A stretch of 64,000 bases of DNA, taken from assembly GCA_038062015.1 (NCBI GenBank), contig JBBTXZ010000005.1:24215-88214 (forward strand), given 5' to 3'. Below the pieces are notes generated by a model. The model ran no database searches. It was not told where the DNA came from and saw only the letters and a list, made by a program, of their open reading frames with translations. Source of the DNA: Patescibacteria group bacterium. Lineage in GTDB: Bacteria; Patescibacteriota; Minisyncoccia; 2-02-FULL-40-12. Position numbers and translations under genes: made by a program. This document shows positions 26,516 through 37,304 of the stretch, in pieces. Position 1 is the stretch's first letter. Every line of letters starts with the position of its first letter.

Positions 26516-26632
26516 GTTTTTGTCTGCGAGCGTTAGCGAGCAGTGACAAAAAGTTACCGAGCACATAATTAAATTTTATGTGCTCGGTGCTCAATGTTGT
26601 AGCTATTCGCTTCGCTCATAGACAACATTGGC

Positions 26633-27100
26633 ATGAGACAAGGACAAGCACCTAAAAGACCAAACGAACCAGACATTAAATACCAAAGCGCTCTAGTCGC
26701 TAAATTTATTAATTACATAATGAGAAGCGGCCGCAAGACGATTGCCCGCCGGATTGTTTATGATTCTCTGGAGAGCGCCGAAAAAAAATTGGGCAAAAGC
26801 CCTTTGGAAATTTTAGAGCAAGTCATAAAAAATGCCGGCCCGGATCAGGAATTAAGAAGCCGCCGGATCGGCGGGGCCAATTATCAGATTCCTTATCCGG
26901 TTAAGCAAGACCGGAGAATTACTTTAGCTTTACGTTGGATAATAGATGCGGCTAAAGCGAAAAAAGGGAAGCCGATGGATGATAAACTAACCCAGGAACT
27001 GATTGATGCTTTTAATAATACCGGCTTGGCAGTTAAGAAAAAGATAGATACTCACAGAATGGCGGATGCGAATAAAGCTTTTGCTCACTTTGCTTGGTGA
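26633..27100 (+). CDS. rpsG: 30S ribosomal protein S7
   Basis: Conserved S7 sequence pattern and gene order rpsL-rpsG-fusA. Confidence 0.92.
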   Translation: MRQGQAPKRPNEPDIKYQSALVAKFINYIMRSGRKTIARRIVYDSLESAEKKLGKSPLEILEQVIKNAGPDQELRSRRIGGANYQIPYPVKQDRRITLALRWIIDAAKAKKGKPMDDKLTQELIDAFNNTGLAVKKKIDTHRMADANKAFAHFAW

Positions 27101-27305
27101 CAGAGAGAATATAGAACACAGAATATAGAATATAGGATATAGGATATAGAATAAGAATGACCAATTCCTTTAAGGATTTGATAGTTTGGCAAAAGTCTAA
27201 ACAACTAGCCGTAGAAATATATAAACTAATTTAGAAGAAATAATGAAAATATTAAACAACTTTGTTAAGAAGTTATCTTAGTTTTAATTCTATATTCTAA
27301 ATTCT
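27101..27305. repeat. ~200-bp spacer bounded by inverted 'tagaat'-type repeat arrays (MITE-like element)
   Basis: Left end gaatatagaatataggatataggatatagaat. Right end ttctatattctaaattctat (inverse). A compact version lies at 39181..39258. Confidence 0.5.
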
Positions 27306-29438
27306 ATGCCAAGAGACTATCCAATCGAAAAAACCCGTAACATAGGCATTATCGCTCACATAGACGCAGGCAAGACCACGGTCAGCGAACGGGTTTTGTT
27401 TTACGCCGGCGTTTCTCATAAAATCGGCGAGGTTCATGAAGGCAAGGCGATTATGGACTGGATGGAGCAGGAACGCGAGCGGGGTATTACCATTACCGCG
27501 GCGGCGACCACGGTTTTTTGGGTGCCTGCTTACGCAATCGCCAATCATCAATCATCAATTACTAACCGAAAAGGCTTAGAATACAAAATCAATATCATTG
27601 ATACTCCCGGGCATGTTGATTTTACAGTTGAGGTGGAGCGTTCTTTGAGAGTGCTTGACGGAGCGGTGGTGGTTTTTGACGGCGTGGCCGGAGTGGAGCC
27701 CCAGTCAGAAACGGTCTGGCGCCAAGCCGACAAGTATAAAATTCCCCGAATATGCTTTATCAATAAATTAGACCGGTTAGGCGCTTCTTTTGATCGTTCT
27801 TTTCAATCAATTCTTGGAAGGCTTACTCCAAGCGCCGTCCGGATGCAGGTTCCTGACGGCGAAGAAGATAAGTTCACCGGCATAGCCGACCTTTTGACTA
27901 TGAAGTTTTATTGCTTTGAAGGAAAATTCGGCGAATCAGTGGCGGAATCGGAAATTCCGGAAAACCTGAAAGAAAAAGTCCAAAAGTTCCGCCACGAATT
28001 AATTGAAAAAATAGCTGAGAGCGACGATGAAATAATGGAAATGTTCTTGGAAGGAAAAGATATTCCCCTTGAAATTTTAAAAAAATCTTTGAGGAAGTCA
28101 GTTTTGAATTATAAAATCGTTCCAGTCTATTGCGGTTCGGCTTTAAAAAACAAAGGAGTTCAATTAGTTTTAGACGCGGTTATTGACTATTTGCCGTCTC
28201 CTTTGGATGTCCCGTCGATTAAAGGAATAAATCCTAAAACCGGCCAAGACGAGGAAAGGCACCCTAAAGATGATGAGCCTTTTACCGCTTTAGCTTTCAA
28301 GGTGGCCACTGATCCTTATGTCGGCCAGCTTACTTTTTTCAGGGTATATTCCGGAGTTTTGAAAGCCGGTTCTTATGTTTTAAACGCGACCAAAGACGAG
28401 AAGGAAAGAATCGGCCGGATTTTAAGAATGCATGCCAATGAAAGGCAGGAATTGTCAGAAGTCTATGCCGGCAATATCGCTGCCACTGTTGGTTTGAAAT
28501 TTACCAAAACCGGCGATACTTTAACTGACCCGGAGTGGCCGGTTGTTTTGGAGGAAATTGTTTTTCCGGAGCCGGTTATTTCTTTGAGGATTGAACCTAA
28601 AACCAAGGCTGACCAGGAGAAGATGTCTTCGGCTTTAAGAAAGCTTTCCGACGAAGATCCGACTTTCCGGATGAAAACCGATCAGGAGACCGGCGACATG
28701 ATTATTTCCGGGATGGGCGAACTTCATCTTGAAATTATCGTTGACCGGATGAAAAGGGAATTTTCAGTCGAGGCCGCTATTGGCCGGCCCCAAGTGGCTT
28801 ACAAAGAAACGATTACCGCTTCGACCGAAGTCGAGGGCAAATATATCAGACAGTCCGGCGGCCGGGGCCAGTACGGCCATGTCTGGTTGCGTCTTGAACC
28901 GTTAGAGCGGGGGCAGGGGCTTGAGTTTGTCAACGCTATCAGAGGCGGAGCCATACCTGATGAGTTCATTCCGGCGGTGGAAAAGGGAATTTTAGAAGCC
29001 AAAGAAAAAGGAGTTTTGGCCGGCTATCCGATAATCGATTTCAAAGCTACTTTGTATGACGGCACTTTCCACGAAGTTGATTCTTCGGAGATCGCTTTTA
29101 AAATCGCGGCTTCAGCCGCTTTTCAAGATGGAGCGAAAAGATCAAAACCGGTTATTTTAGAACCACTGATGAAACTTGAGGTAATTGTTCCGGAAAGATT
29201 CATGGGCGAAGCCACCGGCGATCTTTCGAGCCGTCGAGGCCAGATTTTAAATATCACTGACCGGGGGATCTTGAATCTTAAAGTCATAGATGCTAAGGTT
29301 CCTCTTGGTGAGATGTTCGGCTATGCCACGGTTTTACGTTCTTTGACCGAAGGGAGAGGCACCTTCACGATGGAATTTTCGAATTACGAGACGGTGCCCG
29401 CCAGCGTGGCCGGCGAAATCATCGCCGGGGAAAAATAA
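27306..29438 (+). CDS. fusA: Elongation factor G
   Basis: G-domain motifs [21 protein letters not shown], and EF-G domains IV/V. Confidence 0.95.
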   Translation: MPRDYPIEKTRNIGIIAHIDAGKTTVSERVLFYAGVSHKIGEVHEGKAIMDWMEQERERGITITAAATTVFWVPAYAIANHQSSITNRKGLEYKINIIDTPGHVDFTVEVERSLRVLDGAVVVFDGVAGVEPQSETVWRQADKYKIPRICFINKLDRLGASFDRSFQSILGRLTPSAVRMQVPDGEEDKFTGIADLLTMKFYCFEGKFGESVAESEIPENLKEKVQKFRHELIEKIAESDDEIMEMFLEGKDIPLEILKKSLRKSVLNYKIVPVYCGSALKNKGVQLVLDAVIDYLPSPLDVPSIKGINPKTGQDEERHPKDDEPFTALAFKVATDPYVGQLTFFRVYSGVLKAGSYVLNATKDEKERIGRILRMHANERQELSEVYAGNIAATVGLKFTKTGDTLTDPEWPVVLEEIVFPEPVISLRIEPKTKADQEKMSSALRKLSDEDPTFRMKTDQETGDMIISGMGELHLEIIVDRMKREFSVEAAIGRPQVAYKETITASTEVEGKYIRQSGGRGQYGHVWLRLEPLERGQGLEFVNAIRGGAIPDEFIPAVEKGILEAKEKGVLAGYPIIDFKATLYDGTFHEVDSSEIAFKIAASAAFQDGAKRSKPVILEPLMKLEVIVPERFMGEATGDLSSRRGQILNITDRGILNLKVIDAKVPLGEMFGYATVLRSLTEGRGTFTMEFSNYETVPASVAGEIIAGEK

Positions 29439-29509
29439 GTTTTTGTCTACGAGCGAAGCGAGTGGCTACAAAAAGTATACCCGCCTTAGGCGGGCGCTGA
29501 AATTTATAG

Positions 29510-29860
29510 TTGCTTGCCAAGCTCGCAAATAAATTCCGCATGATAAACGAAGAATTGAAAAATTTAGTTTCCAGTTTAGGGACTTTGGTAATCGTTGAAA
29601 ATAATCAGCCGAAATTTATAGTCATGACCTATGATAAATTTAATTCAGTTATCCACAAAAGCATTGACAATTCTAGTAATTTTAATAAAGATAGTAATGA
29701 GACGCTAAGCGTTTCTGGTTATCACGCTCAGCGTGATGAGGAGATAGTTAATCGGTTGAATGAAGAAATATTTGCTTTAAAGGAGCAGGTAGTTGAAAAA
29801 GAAAAAGAATTTAGTAATTTGTCTGAGCGCAGCGATAGCGAGCACAGCGACAAATTCTAA
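29510..29860 (+). CDS. Small hypothetical protein (Phd/YefM-like N-terminal segment + coiled coil) inserted between fusA and tuf
   Basis: ORF 116 aa. Contains an in-frame double-hairpin element (gacgctaagcgtt...cacgctcagcgtg at 29702..29736). Flanked by repeat-family hairpins at 29441..29509 and 29861..29950. Confidence 0.45.
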   Translation: MLAKLANKFRMINEELKNLVSSLGTLVIVENNQPKFIVMTYDKFNSVIHKSIDNSSNFNKDSNETLSVSGYHAQRDEEIVNRLNEEIFALKEQVVEKEKEFSNLSERSDSEHSDKF

Positions 29861-29952
29861 ACCGAGCACATAAATTAGCCGAAAAAAGGCTAATTTATGT
29901 GCTCGGTGAGCGATTTTGCAGCTGCTCACTTCGTTCGCAGGCGAAAATCGTC

Positions 29953-31158
29953 ATGGCGGAAAAATTTGAAAGAAGCAAGACCCATGTGAATATCGGTACT
30001 ATAGGTCACGTGGATCACGGTAAAACCACTTTAACGGCGGCGATGCTTCATGTTGCTGGGGAACTTTTAACCGACGAAGGCTATAAGGCCAGAGTTGAAA
30101 AAATCGACCAGATTGACAAGGCTCCGGAAGAAAAAGCAAGAGGCATTACCATTGCTTTGCATCATTCCGAATTGGAAACGCCTAAAAGGCATTATGCCCA
30201 TGTTGATGCTCCGGGCCATGCCGATTACATTAAAAACATGATCACCGGAGCCGCCCAGATGGATGGAGCGATTCTGGTTGTTTCAGCCCCGGACGGTGCT
30301 ATGCCTCAAACAAGAGAGCATATTCTTTTAGCCCGCCAAGTCGGTGTTCCTTCCATTATCGTATTTTTAAACAAGACCGATCAGGTAGAGGACCAGGAAT
30401 TGGTTGATTTGGTTGAAACCGAAATCAGAGAGCTTCTGAATAAATATCAGTATCCCGGAGATTCAACGCCGATCATCCGCGGTTCGGGCTTGAAGGCCCT
30501 GGAAGCGAAATCAAAAGACGATCCGGCTGTCCAGCCGATTCGCGAGCTTTTGAAGACCATTGATGAATATATTCCGGACCCGGTCAGAGACACCGATAAG
30601 CCCTTTCTTATGCCGATTGAAGACGTTTTTTCGATTGAAGGCCGGGGCACGGTCGTGACCGGAAAAGTTGAGCGGGGCAAGATGAAGCTTAATGAGGAGA
30701 TAGAGATCATTGGAATGAGGCCGACCCAGAAAACAATCATCACCGGCGTCGAGATGTTTAATAAGCAGATGGATGAAACTATTGCCGGTGACAATGTCGG
30801 GCTCTTGCTTCGGGGAATCAAAAAAGAGGATGTTTCCCGCGGCCAGGTCATTGCCAAGCCCGGCTCAATCACTCCTCATACCGAATTTGAAGCCGAAATC
30901 TATATTTTGACCAAAGAGGAAGGCGGCCGCCACACTCCTTTCTTTGCCGGATATAAGCCCCAGTTTTACGTAAGGACTACCGATGTCACCGGTGAAGTAA
31001 TACTGCCGGAAGGAACGGAAATGGTTATGCCCGGTGATACCGTCAACTTGAAAATAAAATTGATTGCGCCGATCGCTCTGGAGGAAAAAATGAGATTCGC
31101 CATCAGAGAGGGAGGGAAAACGGTTGGTGCGGGAGTGGTGACGAAGATAATCGTTTGA
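29953..31158 (+). CDS. tuf: Elongation factor Tu
   Basis: [27 protein letters not shown] and the rest of EF-Tu. ATG at 29953 (the track ORF begins upstream). Confidence 0.95.
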   Translation: MAEKFERSKTHVNIGTIGHVDHGKTTLTAAMLHVAGELLTDEGYKARVEKIDQIDKAPEEKARGITIALHHSELETPKRHYAHVDAPGHADYIKNMITGAAQMDGAILVVSAPDGAMPQTREHILLARQVGVPSIIVFLNKTDQVEDQELVDLVETEIRELLNKYQYPGDSTPIIRGSGLKALEAKSKDDPAVQPIRELLKTIDEYIPDPVRDTDKPFLMPIEDVFSIEGRGTVVTGKVERGKMKLNEEIEIIGMRPTQKTIITGVEMFNKQMDETIAGDNVGLLLRGIKKEDVSRGQVIAKPGSITPHTEFEAEIYILTKEEGGRHTPFFAGYKPQFYVRTTDVTGEVILPEGTEMVMPGDTVNLKIKLIAPIALEEKMRFAIREGGKTVGAGVVTKIIV

Positions 31159-31195
31159 TAAGATATATCGAAATATCAGACAGTTCCTTAAATCA

Positions 31196-31540
31196 ATGGC
31201 GAAGGTTAAAAAAGAAAAAGAAAGCAAATCGGAATCGGGGCAGCGGATCAGAATCCGCCTGAAAGCTTTTGACAGCCGAGTCATTGACCGGTCAGTCAAG
31301 CAGATTATTGAAACTTTGGAAAAACTTGATGTTAAAGTGATTGGGCCGATTCCGTTGCCGACAGAGATATGGAAAGACACAGTTCTCCGTTCTCCTTTTG
31401 TCCATAAAGACAGCCGGGAGCAGTTTGAAATGAGGACTCATAAAAGATTAATCGAAATTCTTAATCCGACTCCAAAAATTATTGATTCCTTGATAAATTT
31501 AAGTCTTCCTGCGGGAGTAGATATTGAGATCAAGATGTAG
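31196..31540 (+). CDS. rpsJ: 30S ribosomal protein S10
   Basis: IRIRLKAFD...PIPLPT... S10 pattern. Confidence 0.92.
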   Translation: MAKVKKEKESKSESGQRIRIRLKAFDSRVIDRSVKQIIETLEKLDVKVIGPIPLPTEIWKDTVLRSPFVHKDSREQFEMRTHKRLIEILNPTPKIIDSLINLSLPAGVDIEIKM

Positions 31541-31744
31541 CATCCGAATAGCGCAACCTCGGCTTTCGGCCTCGGGTATCCGAATGCGTCCATCCGAATA
31601 TGCGGTGGCAAATCACGAATCAGAAAGCTATTCCTGGTTCGAAATTTGTTACCACTATGGTAATAAAAACAATAACAATTTAAGTTTGAAAAAAATTTAG
31701 CTTTAGTATGCTTAAAATCGGGCGCTAAGGCCCGATTTTCATTT

Positions 31745-32173
31745 ATGGCAGAAATTGTCGTCCGAAAATTAGGGATGTCTCAAGTATTCAAGGGAAACAA
31801 AGTTATCCCGGTTACTTTGATTGAAGTCCCCGGAGGAGATTTTGAAGTAAAAGAAGGCGACAAAGTAAAGGTGAGCGGGATTTCAAAAGGAAAAGGATTT
31901 CAGGGGGTGGTGAAGAGGCATGGATTTTCCGGTTTTCCGGCCAGCCACGGGCACAAGGGTCACGAAAGGGGGCCCGGTTCAATCGGCCAGAGATTCCCTC
32001 AGCATACTTTGAAAGGGAAAAGGATGGCCGGCCGCATGGGCGGGACAAAAGTGACGGTTAGGAACCTAGAAGTTGTTAAAATAGACAAAGACGATAGAAT
32101 CTTGGCGGTTAAAGGAGCGGTGCCCGGAAGAAGAGGGACGGAGTTAAAGATAATAAAAAGTTTAAATGTTTAA
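31745..32173 (+). CDS. rplC: 50S ribosomal protein L3 (short form)
   Basis: [13 protein letters not shown]...[14 protein letters not shown]3 core. Only 142 aa. Confidence 0.85.
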   Translation: MAEIVVRKLGMSQVFKGNKVIPVTLIEVPGGDFEVKEGDKVKVSGISKGKGFQGVVKRHGFSGFPASHGHKGHERGPGSIGQRFPQHTLKGKRMAGRMGGTKVTVRNLEVVKIDKDDRILAVKGAVPGRRGTELKIIKSLNV

Positions 32174-32191
32174 AAGTTTAAAAATAAAATT

Positions 32192-32851
32192 ATGGAAGTT
32201 AAATTATACAATCAGTCAGGTGAAGAAGTCGGAAGCGTTGAATTATCAGATGCTATTTTTAATGTGCCGATAAACCCAGATTTAATTTATCAGGCAGTGG
32301 TTACCCAAAGGGCCAACGCCAGAAAAATTTTAGCTCACGCAAAAGGAAGAGGCGAAGTAAGAGGTGGCGGTAAAAAGCCGTGGCGTCAGAAAGGCACTGG
32401 CCGGGCCCGGCATGGTTCAATAAGGTCGCCGATTTGGAAAGGAGGCGGAGTGACTCACGGACCCCTCAAGCAAAAAGTCTATTTTAAAAATATAAATAAA
32501 AAAGCCAGAAGGAAGGCTCTCTTTATGGCTTTGAGTTCAAAAATTAAAGACGGCCAGTTAATAATTTTGGATTCCATTTCTTTGGTTGAAGCCAAGACTA
32601 AAAAAATGAAAGAGATTATAGACAAAATTTCAGTTAATTTGCCGGGATACAAAAAGAGCAGAAAAAAAAACGATTCAATTTTATTGGTTCAACCCGATTC
32701 GGATAAATCCCTGATCAGAACCGCCAGGAACTTAAATTTTGCCAAAGTAGTTCGGGCCGACGGTTTGAATACGACCGATGTTCTAGAAAAAAAATATCTT
32801 GTCTTACTGAAAAATGCGATACCGGTGATTGAAAAGACATACCTTAGATAA
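32192..32851 (+). CDS. rplD: 50S ribosomal protein L4
   Basis: Position after rplC and L4-like sequence (GGGKKPWRQKGTGRAR). Confidence 0.9.
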   Translation: MEVKLYNQSGEEVGSVELSDAIFNVPINPDLIYQAVVTQRANARKILAHAKGRGEVRGGGKKPWRQKGTGRARHGSIRSPIWKGGGVTHGPLKQKVYFKNINKKARRKALFMALSSKIKDGQLIILDSISLVEAKTKKMKEIIDKISVNLPGYKKSRKKNDSILLVQPDSDKSLIRTARNLNFAKVVRADGLNTTDVLEKKYLVLLKNAIPVIEKTYLR

Positions 32852-32948
32852 TTTTCAATTTTCAATTTTAAATGAAATCTAAATTTTTAAAATTCAAAAC
32901 ATTTAAGCGTTCAATTAAAATTTAAAATTTGGGTTTTGAATTTTTAAC

Positions 32949-33338
32949 ATGGCATTATTCAAAAGAAAAAAAGAGCCCCCCTTCGCTAAAGCTACGGAGG
33001 GCAAGGGAATAAAAGAAGCCGAGAAGAAGGAGGCCAAACTTGGTTTGCCTGTAGGCAAAGACCCTCGGCTTTACAAAATAGTAGAGAAGCTGGTTCAAAC
33101 CGAAAAAGCAATCGGTTCGTCCAGCCACAATAAATATGTTTTTAAGGTTTCGCCGAAAACCAACAAGATTGAAGTCAAGAAAGCGATTGAAAAATTATAC
33201 GAGGTTAAAGTCAAGGACGTGAGAATAATTAATACGTTTGGGAAAAAGAGGCAGGTCGGCCGTTTTGAAGGCTGGAAGCCGGGTTTTAAAAAGGCGATCG
33301 TGGCATTAGAGAAAGGATATAAAATTGAAACAATATAA
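32949..33338 (+). CDS. rplW: 50S ribosomal protein L23 (with N-terminal extension)
   Basis: KYVFKVSPKTNKIEVKKAIEKLYEVKVKDVRI L23 core. Confidence 0.88.
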   Translation: MALFKRKKEPPFAKATEGKGIKEAEKKEAKLGLPVGKDPRLYKIVEKLVQTEKAIGSSSHNKYVFKVSPKTNKIEVKKAIEKLYEVKVKDVRIINTFGKKRQVGRFEGWKPGFKKAIVALEKGYKIETI

Positions 33339-34149
33339 ACCCATAACTCCGGGAAGAAGACAGATGACTGGCTACAATTTCAATGGTTTGATTAAAACCA
33401 GGCCTTTAAAATCTTTGACTAAGAATTTTAAAAGAAGTTTCGGCCGTTCCGGCAACGGAAGAATCACTTCAAGGCATTTAGGCGGGGGTCATAAAAAACT
33501 ATACCGTTTGGTTGATTTCAAGCAGGACAAATTAGATATGCCGGCCAGAGTCAAGACTATTGAATACGATCCATATCGGTCATCTAGGATTGCCTTGGTT
33601 GCTTATGCCGATGGAGAAAAGAGATATATTTTATCGCCTGACGGGCTTAAGATTGGAGAAAAAATACAGTCTTTTTCCGGAAAAGGAAATTTGGATAACG
33701 GTAACAGGATGAAGTTAAGATTTATTCCTCAAGGAACGTTGGTCCATAATATTGAATTAAATCCTGGTCAGGGCGGGAAAATGGCCAGATCAGCCGGTTC
33801 TTCGGCTCAAGTTCTGGCTCAGGATAATAAATATACCCAGCTAAAAATGCCTTCCGGAGAAGTAAGAATGGTTTTGTCGGAAAGCCGGGCTTCGATAGGC
33901 CAGCTTTCAAATCCAGAGCATATTCATATCAGCCTTGGGAAAGCCGGAAGATCGCGTTGGCTTGGAAAAAGGCCGAAAGTCCGCGGTTCGGCCATGAATC
34001 CGGTTGACCATCCGCATGGCGGCGGCGAAGGCAGGCAGGGCATCGGTTTAACCGGTCCTAAAACCCCTTGGGGCAAGCCGGCTAGGGGGGTAAAAACCAG
34101 AAAAAGAAAGAAGAAGTCGAGCAAGTTAATTTTAAAGAGAAGAAAGTAA
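33325..34149 (+). CDS. rplB: 50S ribosomal protein L2
   Basis: L2 pattern including the ...GSAMNPVDHPHGGGEG signature. Confidence 0.95.
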   Translation: MKQYKPITPGRRQMTGYNFNGLIKTRPLKSLTKNFKRSFGRSGNGRITSRHLGGGHKKLYRLVDFKQDKLDMPARVKTIEYDPYRSSRIALVAYADGEKRYILSPDGLKIGEKIQSFSGKGNLDNGNRMKLRFIPQGTLVHNIELNPGQGGKMARSAGSSAQVLAQDNKYTQLKMPSGEVRMVLSESRASIGQLSNPEHIHISLGKAGRSRWLGKRPKVRGSAMNPVDHPHGGGEGRQGIGLTGPKTPWGKPARGVKTRKRKKKSSKLILKRRK

Positions 34150-34226
34150 CATCTACAAAATTACAAATCATTTACGAATATACAAATTTGTATATTTGTA
34201 GGGATTTGTAAATTCGTAGATATTTA

Positions 34227-34565
34227 ATGAGCCGAAGCCTAAAAAAAGGACCATATGTAGATCAGAAATTGCTCAAGAAATTGGGGCGGTTTAAAGCTGG
34301 CGATAAAACAATTATCAAAACCTGGTCGCGGGGCTCATCCGTTACCCCGGAAATGGTCGGTTTTACTATCGGCGTTCATAACGGTAAAATCCATATTCCG
34401 GTTTTTATCGTTGAAGAGATGGTCGGCCATAAATTGGGCGAATTCAGTTTGACTAAGAAATTCACCCGGCACGGCGGAAAGATGCAGAGAGAACTTGAAG
34501 CCCAAGCCAAACAGAAAGAGATTGATGCGGCCAAAACGGTCAAGGCGGCCGAAGAGAAGAAATAG
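34227..34565 (+). CDS. rpsS: 30S ribosomal protein S19 (with C-terminal extension)
   Basis: [11 protein letters not shown]...GHKLGEF S19 pattern. Confidence 0.92.
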   Translation: MSRSLKKGPYVDQKLLKKLGRFKAGDKTIIKTWSRGSSVTPEMVGFTIGVHNGKIHIPVFIVEEMVGHKLGEFSLTKKFTRHGGKMQRELEAQAKQKEIDAAKTVKAAEEKK

Positions 34566-34577
34566 TTAACTAAAACT

Positions 34578-35123
34578 ATGCCACAAATCACTGCCCAATT
34601 AAATTATTTACGAATATCCCCCAGAAAAGTGCGGGCGGTGGTTGAATTGCTTAGGGGCTTGGATGTTGATGCGGCCATAGCCCAGCTTAGATATTTAACC
34701 AGAAGGCCAGCCAAGCCGATTTTAAAGCTTTTAAATTCAGCTATTTCTAATGCAAAGCACCTTGGTTTCGAAAAAGATTATCTTTATATAAAAGAAGCAA
34801 TGGTTAATGAAGGAATGAAATTAAAAAGATATAAGCCCAAAGGATTTAGTCTTATGATGCCGATTCAGAAAAAAACTTCGCATATAAAAATAGTTTTGGA
34901 CGAGCTTCCGGAAGAAAAAAAGAAAAAGAAAGAAAAGTTAATAGCTAAAATGCCGAAAATTGAAGAGAAAAAACTTTCCTTCGGCAAGGCTATGGAGGAT
35001 AAGAAGGAAGAAAAAATTGAAAAACCAAAGTTTGGTAAAGAAACAGAAAAAGTTCCAAAGAAAAGAGGATTCGGCGGGATTAAGACATTGGGTCGGAGGT
35101 TATTTAGAAGAAAGGTGGTTTAA
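34578..35123 (+). CDS. rplV: 50S ribosomal protein L22 (Lys-rich C-terminal extension)
   Basis: LRISPRKVRAVVELLRG L22 pattern. Confidence 0.9.
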   Translation: MPQITAQLNYLRISPRKVRAVVELLRGLDVDAAIAQLRYLTRRPAKPILKLLNSAISNAKHLGFEKDYLYIKEAMVNEGMKLKRYKPKGFSLMMPIQKKTSHIKIVLDELPEEKKKKKEKLIAKMPKIEEKKLSFGKAMEDKKEEKIEKPKFGKETEKVPKKRGFGGIKTLGRRLFRRKVV

Positions 35124-35177
35124 AGAAATTTCGATATGTCGATATAAAAACATTTCGACATATCGAAATATCAAATT

Positions 35178-35834
35178 ATGGGGCAGAAAACTTCACCAAT
35201 TTCAATGAGGATGGGTTTTACCCAGGACTGGCGCTCCCGGTATTTTTCCAAACGCGAAATGATTAAGTACCTGAGGGAAGATGTCAAAATCCGCGAATTT
35301 TTAAATAAAAAATTGAGATTTATGAGCGTAGCCCGGGTTGAAATTGAAAGGACGGCCGGCCAGCTGAAAGTAATAATTTTTACTTCAAGGCCGGGTTTGA
35401 TCATTGGCCGCGGCGGAACCGGAAGCGAAGAACTTAAAAAAGAAATTGAAAAGTTGATTGCCTGTTCTAGCCCGGTGAGAATTGAAATCCAGGAATATAG
35501 AGGCCCGGAAAGCTCGGCGGCGATAATGGCCGAACAGATTGTTGAGCGAGTCGAGAAAAGGGTGCCTTTTCGAAGAGTCATTAAGCAGGCTTTGGCAAAA
35601 ATAATATCAAATCGGGAGGTCAAAGGGGCCAAGATTGGAATTAAGGGCCGTCTGGATGGAAGTGAAATCGCCCGGACAGAGCATTTAGAAGAAGGATTGA
35701 TGCCTCTTCAAAAATTGACCGCCGATATCGATTTTGCTAAAAATACGGCTTATACCACTTATGGAACAGTCGGAGTAAAAGTTTGGATTTATAAAGGCGA
35801 TGTAAAAAATGGTGTTTCAACCAAGAAGGATTAA
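35178..35834 (+). CDS. rpsC: 30S ribosomal protein S3
   Basis: MGQKTSPI...KH domain and S3 C-terminal domain. Confidence 0.95.
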   Translation: MGQKTSPISMRMGFTQDWRSRYFSKREMIKYLREDVKIREFLNKKLRFMSVARVEIERTAGQLKVIIFTSRPGLIIGRGGTGSEELKKEIEKLIACSSPVRIEIQEYRGPESSAAIMAEQIVERVEKRVPFRRVIKQALAKIISNREVKGAKIGIKGRLDGSEIARTEHLEEGLMPLQKLTADIDFAKNTAYTTYGTVGVKVWIYKGDVKNGVSTKKD

Positions 35835-36216
35835 ATATCCAAAAGTCCATAAAGGCCGATTAAAGAAAGTCTCGAGCCGAGGCGTCAGCTTAGCTTTTGG
35901 TTCCTATGGTCTCAAGGCTTTAGAATCAAGCTGGATAAAAGTCAATCAAATAGAAGCGGCCAGAAGGACTTTAATCAGGTATCTTGAAAAAGGAGGGAAA
36001 ATTTGGATCAGGATTTTCCCCGATAAGCCCCGAACCGCCAGAAGTCCGGAACTTGGAATGGGCGGGGGAGCTGGAAGCATGAGTCATTTTGTTGCGCCGG
36101 TTGAAGCAGGCAGAATTTTATTCGAGCTCGACGGCATTTCCGAAGACGCGGCCAAAGAGGCTTTTAAACTGGCCAGCCATAAATTGCCGGTAAAGACCAG
36201 ATTCATTAAAAGATAA
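35809..36216 (+). CDS. rplP: 50S ribosomal protein L16
   Basis: L16 pattern (...RIFPDKP...). Confidence 0.92.
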   Translation: MVFQPRRIKYPKVHKGRLKKVSSRGVSLAFGSYGLKALESSWIKVNQIEAARRTLIRYLEKGGKIWIRIFPDKPRTARSPELGMGGGAGSMSHFVAPVEAGRILFELDGISEDAAKEAFKLASHKLPVKTRFIKR

Positions 36217-36292
36217 TACTACGAAGTACGAATCAGTCCGAATGTACGAATTCGTATATTCGTAAAGATTCGTAAATTCGTAGTTTAACATT

Positions 36293-36559
36293 TTGACAGT
36301 AGAAAAAATCATAGAAAAAAAGAAGAAGCGGCAACTAAAAGGAATAGTGGTTTCAGACAAGATGCAGAAAACCATCGTGGTTTCGGTTGTCCGTTTGAAA
36401 AAGCATCCCAAATACAAAAAATATTTCAAGGTTACCAGAAAATTCAAAGCCCATGACGAGAATAATGAATATCATGTGGCTGATAAAGTAGTAATAGAAG
36501 AAACGAGGCCGCTGTCGAAAGATAAGAAATGGAGGGTAATTAGTAAACCATTGGCATGA
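36293..36559 (+). CDS. rpsQ: 30S ribosomal protein S17 (TTG start)
   Basis: [31 protein letters not shown]17 pattern. No L29 gene between rplP and rpsQ. Confidence 0.85.
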   Translation: MTVEKIIEKKKKRQLKGIVVSDKMQKTIVVSVVRLKKHPKYKKYFKVTRKFKAHDENNEYHVADKVVIEETRPLSKDKKWRVISKPLA

Positions 36560-36921
36560 TTCAATTACGAAGTATTATTAATGTTGCCGACAACTCGGGC
36601 GCTAAAACTATTGGCGTAATTAGGGTTTTGAAAGGCCATAAGGGGAAATACGGCGAAGTCGGCGATATCGTCGTTGGTTCGGTTAAGGAAGCAGAACCGA
36701 GAAAGGCAGTCAAGAAAAAGGACATAGTCCGCGCTTTGATTGTAAGGCAGAAGAAACCCATCAGGAGATTAGACGGTTCGTATGTGAGATTCGATGACAA
36801 CGCCGTAGTCATAATTGAAGGCAAAGAGCCGAAAGCGACAAGGATTTTCGGGCCGATAGCCAGAGAAGTAAGAGAAAGAGGCTTTAATGCGGTCGCTTCA
36901 ATGGCAGAAGAACTGGTGTAA
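36556..36921 (+). CDS. rplN: 50S ribosomal protein L14
   Basis: [17 protein letters not shown]... L14 pattern. Confidence 0.95.
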   Translation: MIQLRSIINVADNSGAKTIGVIRVLKGHKGKYGEVGDIVVGSVKEAEPRKAVKKKDIVRALIVRQKKPIRRLDGSYVRFDDNAVVIIEGKEPKATRIFGPIAREVRERGFNAVASMAEELV

Positions 36922-36997
36922 ATCTACGAATTTACCAATTCATTACAAATATACAAATATTTGTATATTTGTAGAGATTTGTAATTTTGTAGATAAA

Positions 36998-37303
36998 ATG
37001 AATATTCGAACGAATGATACAATAATGATGCTTATAGGCAAAGATAAAGGTAAAACTGGAAAAATACTGCAAGTTTTGCCAAAAAGCGGAAAGGCCGTAG
37101 TTGAAGGCTTGAACCTGGTTAAAAGGCACCAGCGACCCAAGAAACAAGGCCAAAAAGGAGAAATTATTTCAAGGCCGAGGCCGATTGATATTTCGAATGT
37201 GATGTTAATTTGCCGGCACTGCAAGAAGCCTTCAAGAATGGGAATGAGACGAGAAGGTAAAAAAGTATTTAGGGTCTGCAAGAGATGCCGTGGAGAAAAT
37301 TAA
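36998..37303 (+). CDS. rplX: 50S ribosomal protein L24 (KOW) with C-terminal CxxC...CxxC zinc-ribbon-like tail
   Basis: MNIRTNDTIMMLIGKDKGKTGKIL KOW motif. Start at the internal Met, because the upstream part overlaps rplN. C-terminus CRHCKK...CKRCRG. Confidence 0.8.
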   Translation: MNIRTNDTIMMLIGKDKGKTGKILQVLPKSGKAVVEGLNLVKRHQRPKKQGQKGEIISRPRPIDISNVMLICRHCKKPSRMGMRREGKKVFRVCKRCRGEN

Positions 37304-37304
37304 A

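Noticed and set aside
27101-27140. CRISPR array (tagaat-type short repeats at several loci)
   Set aside because: The units are 6-7 bp micro-repeats without regular 25-40 bp repeats and unique spacers. No cas genes.
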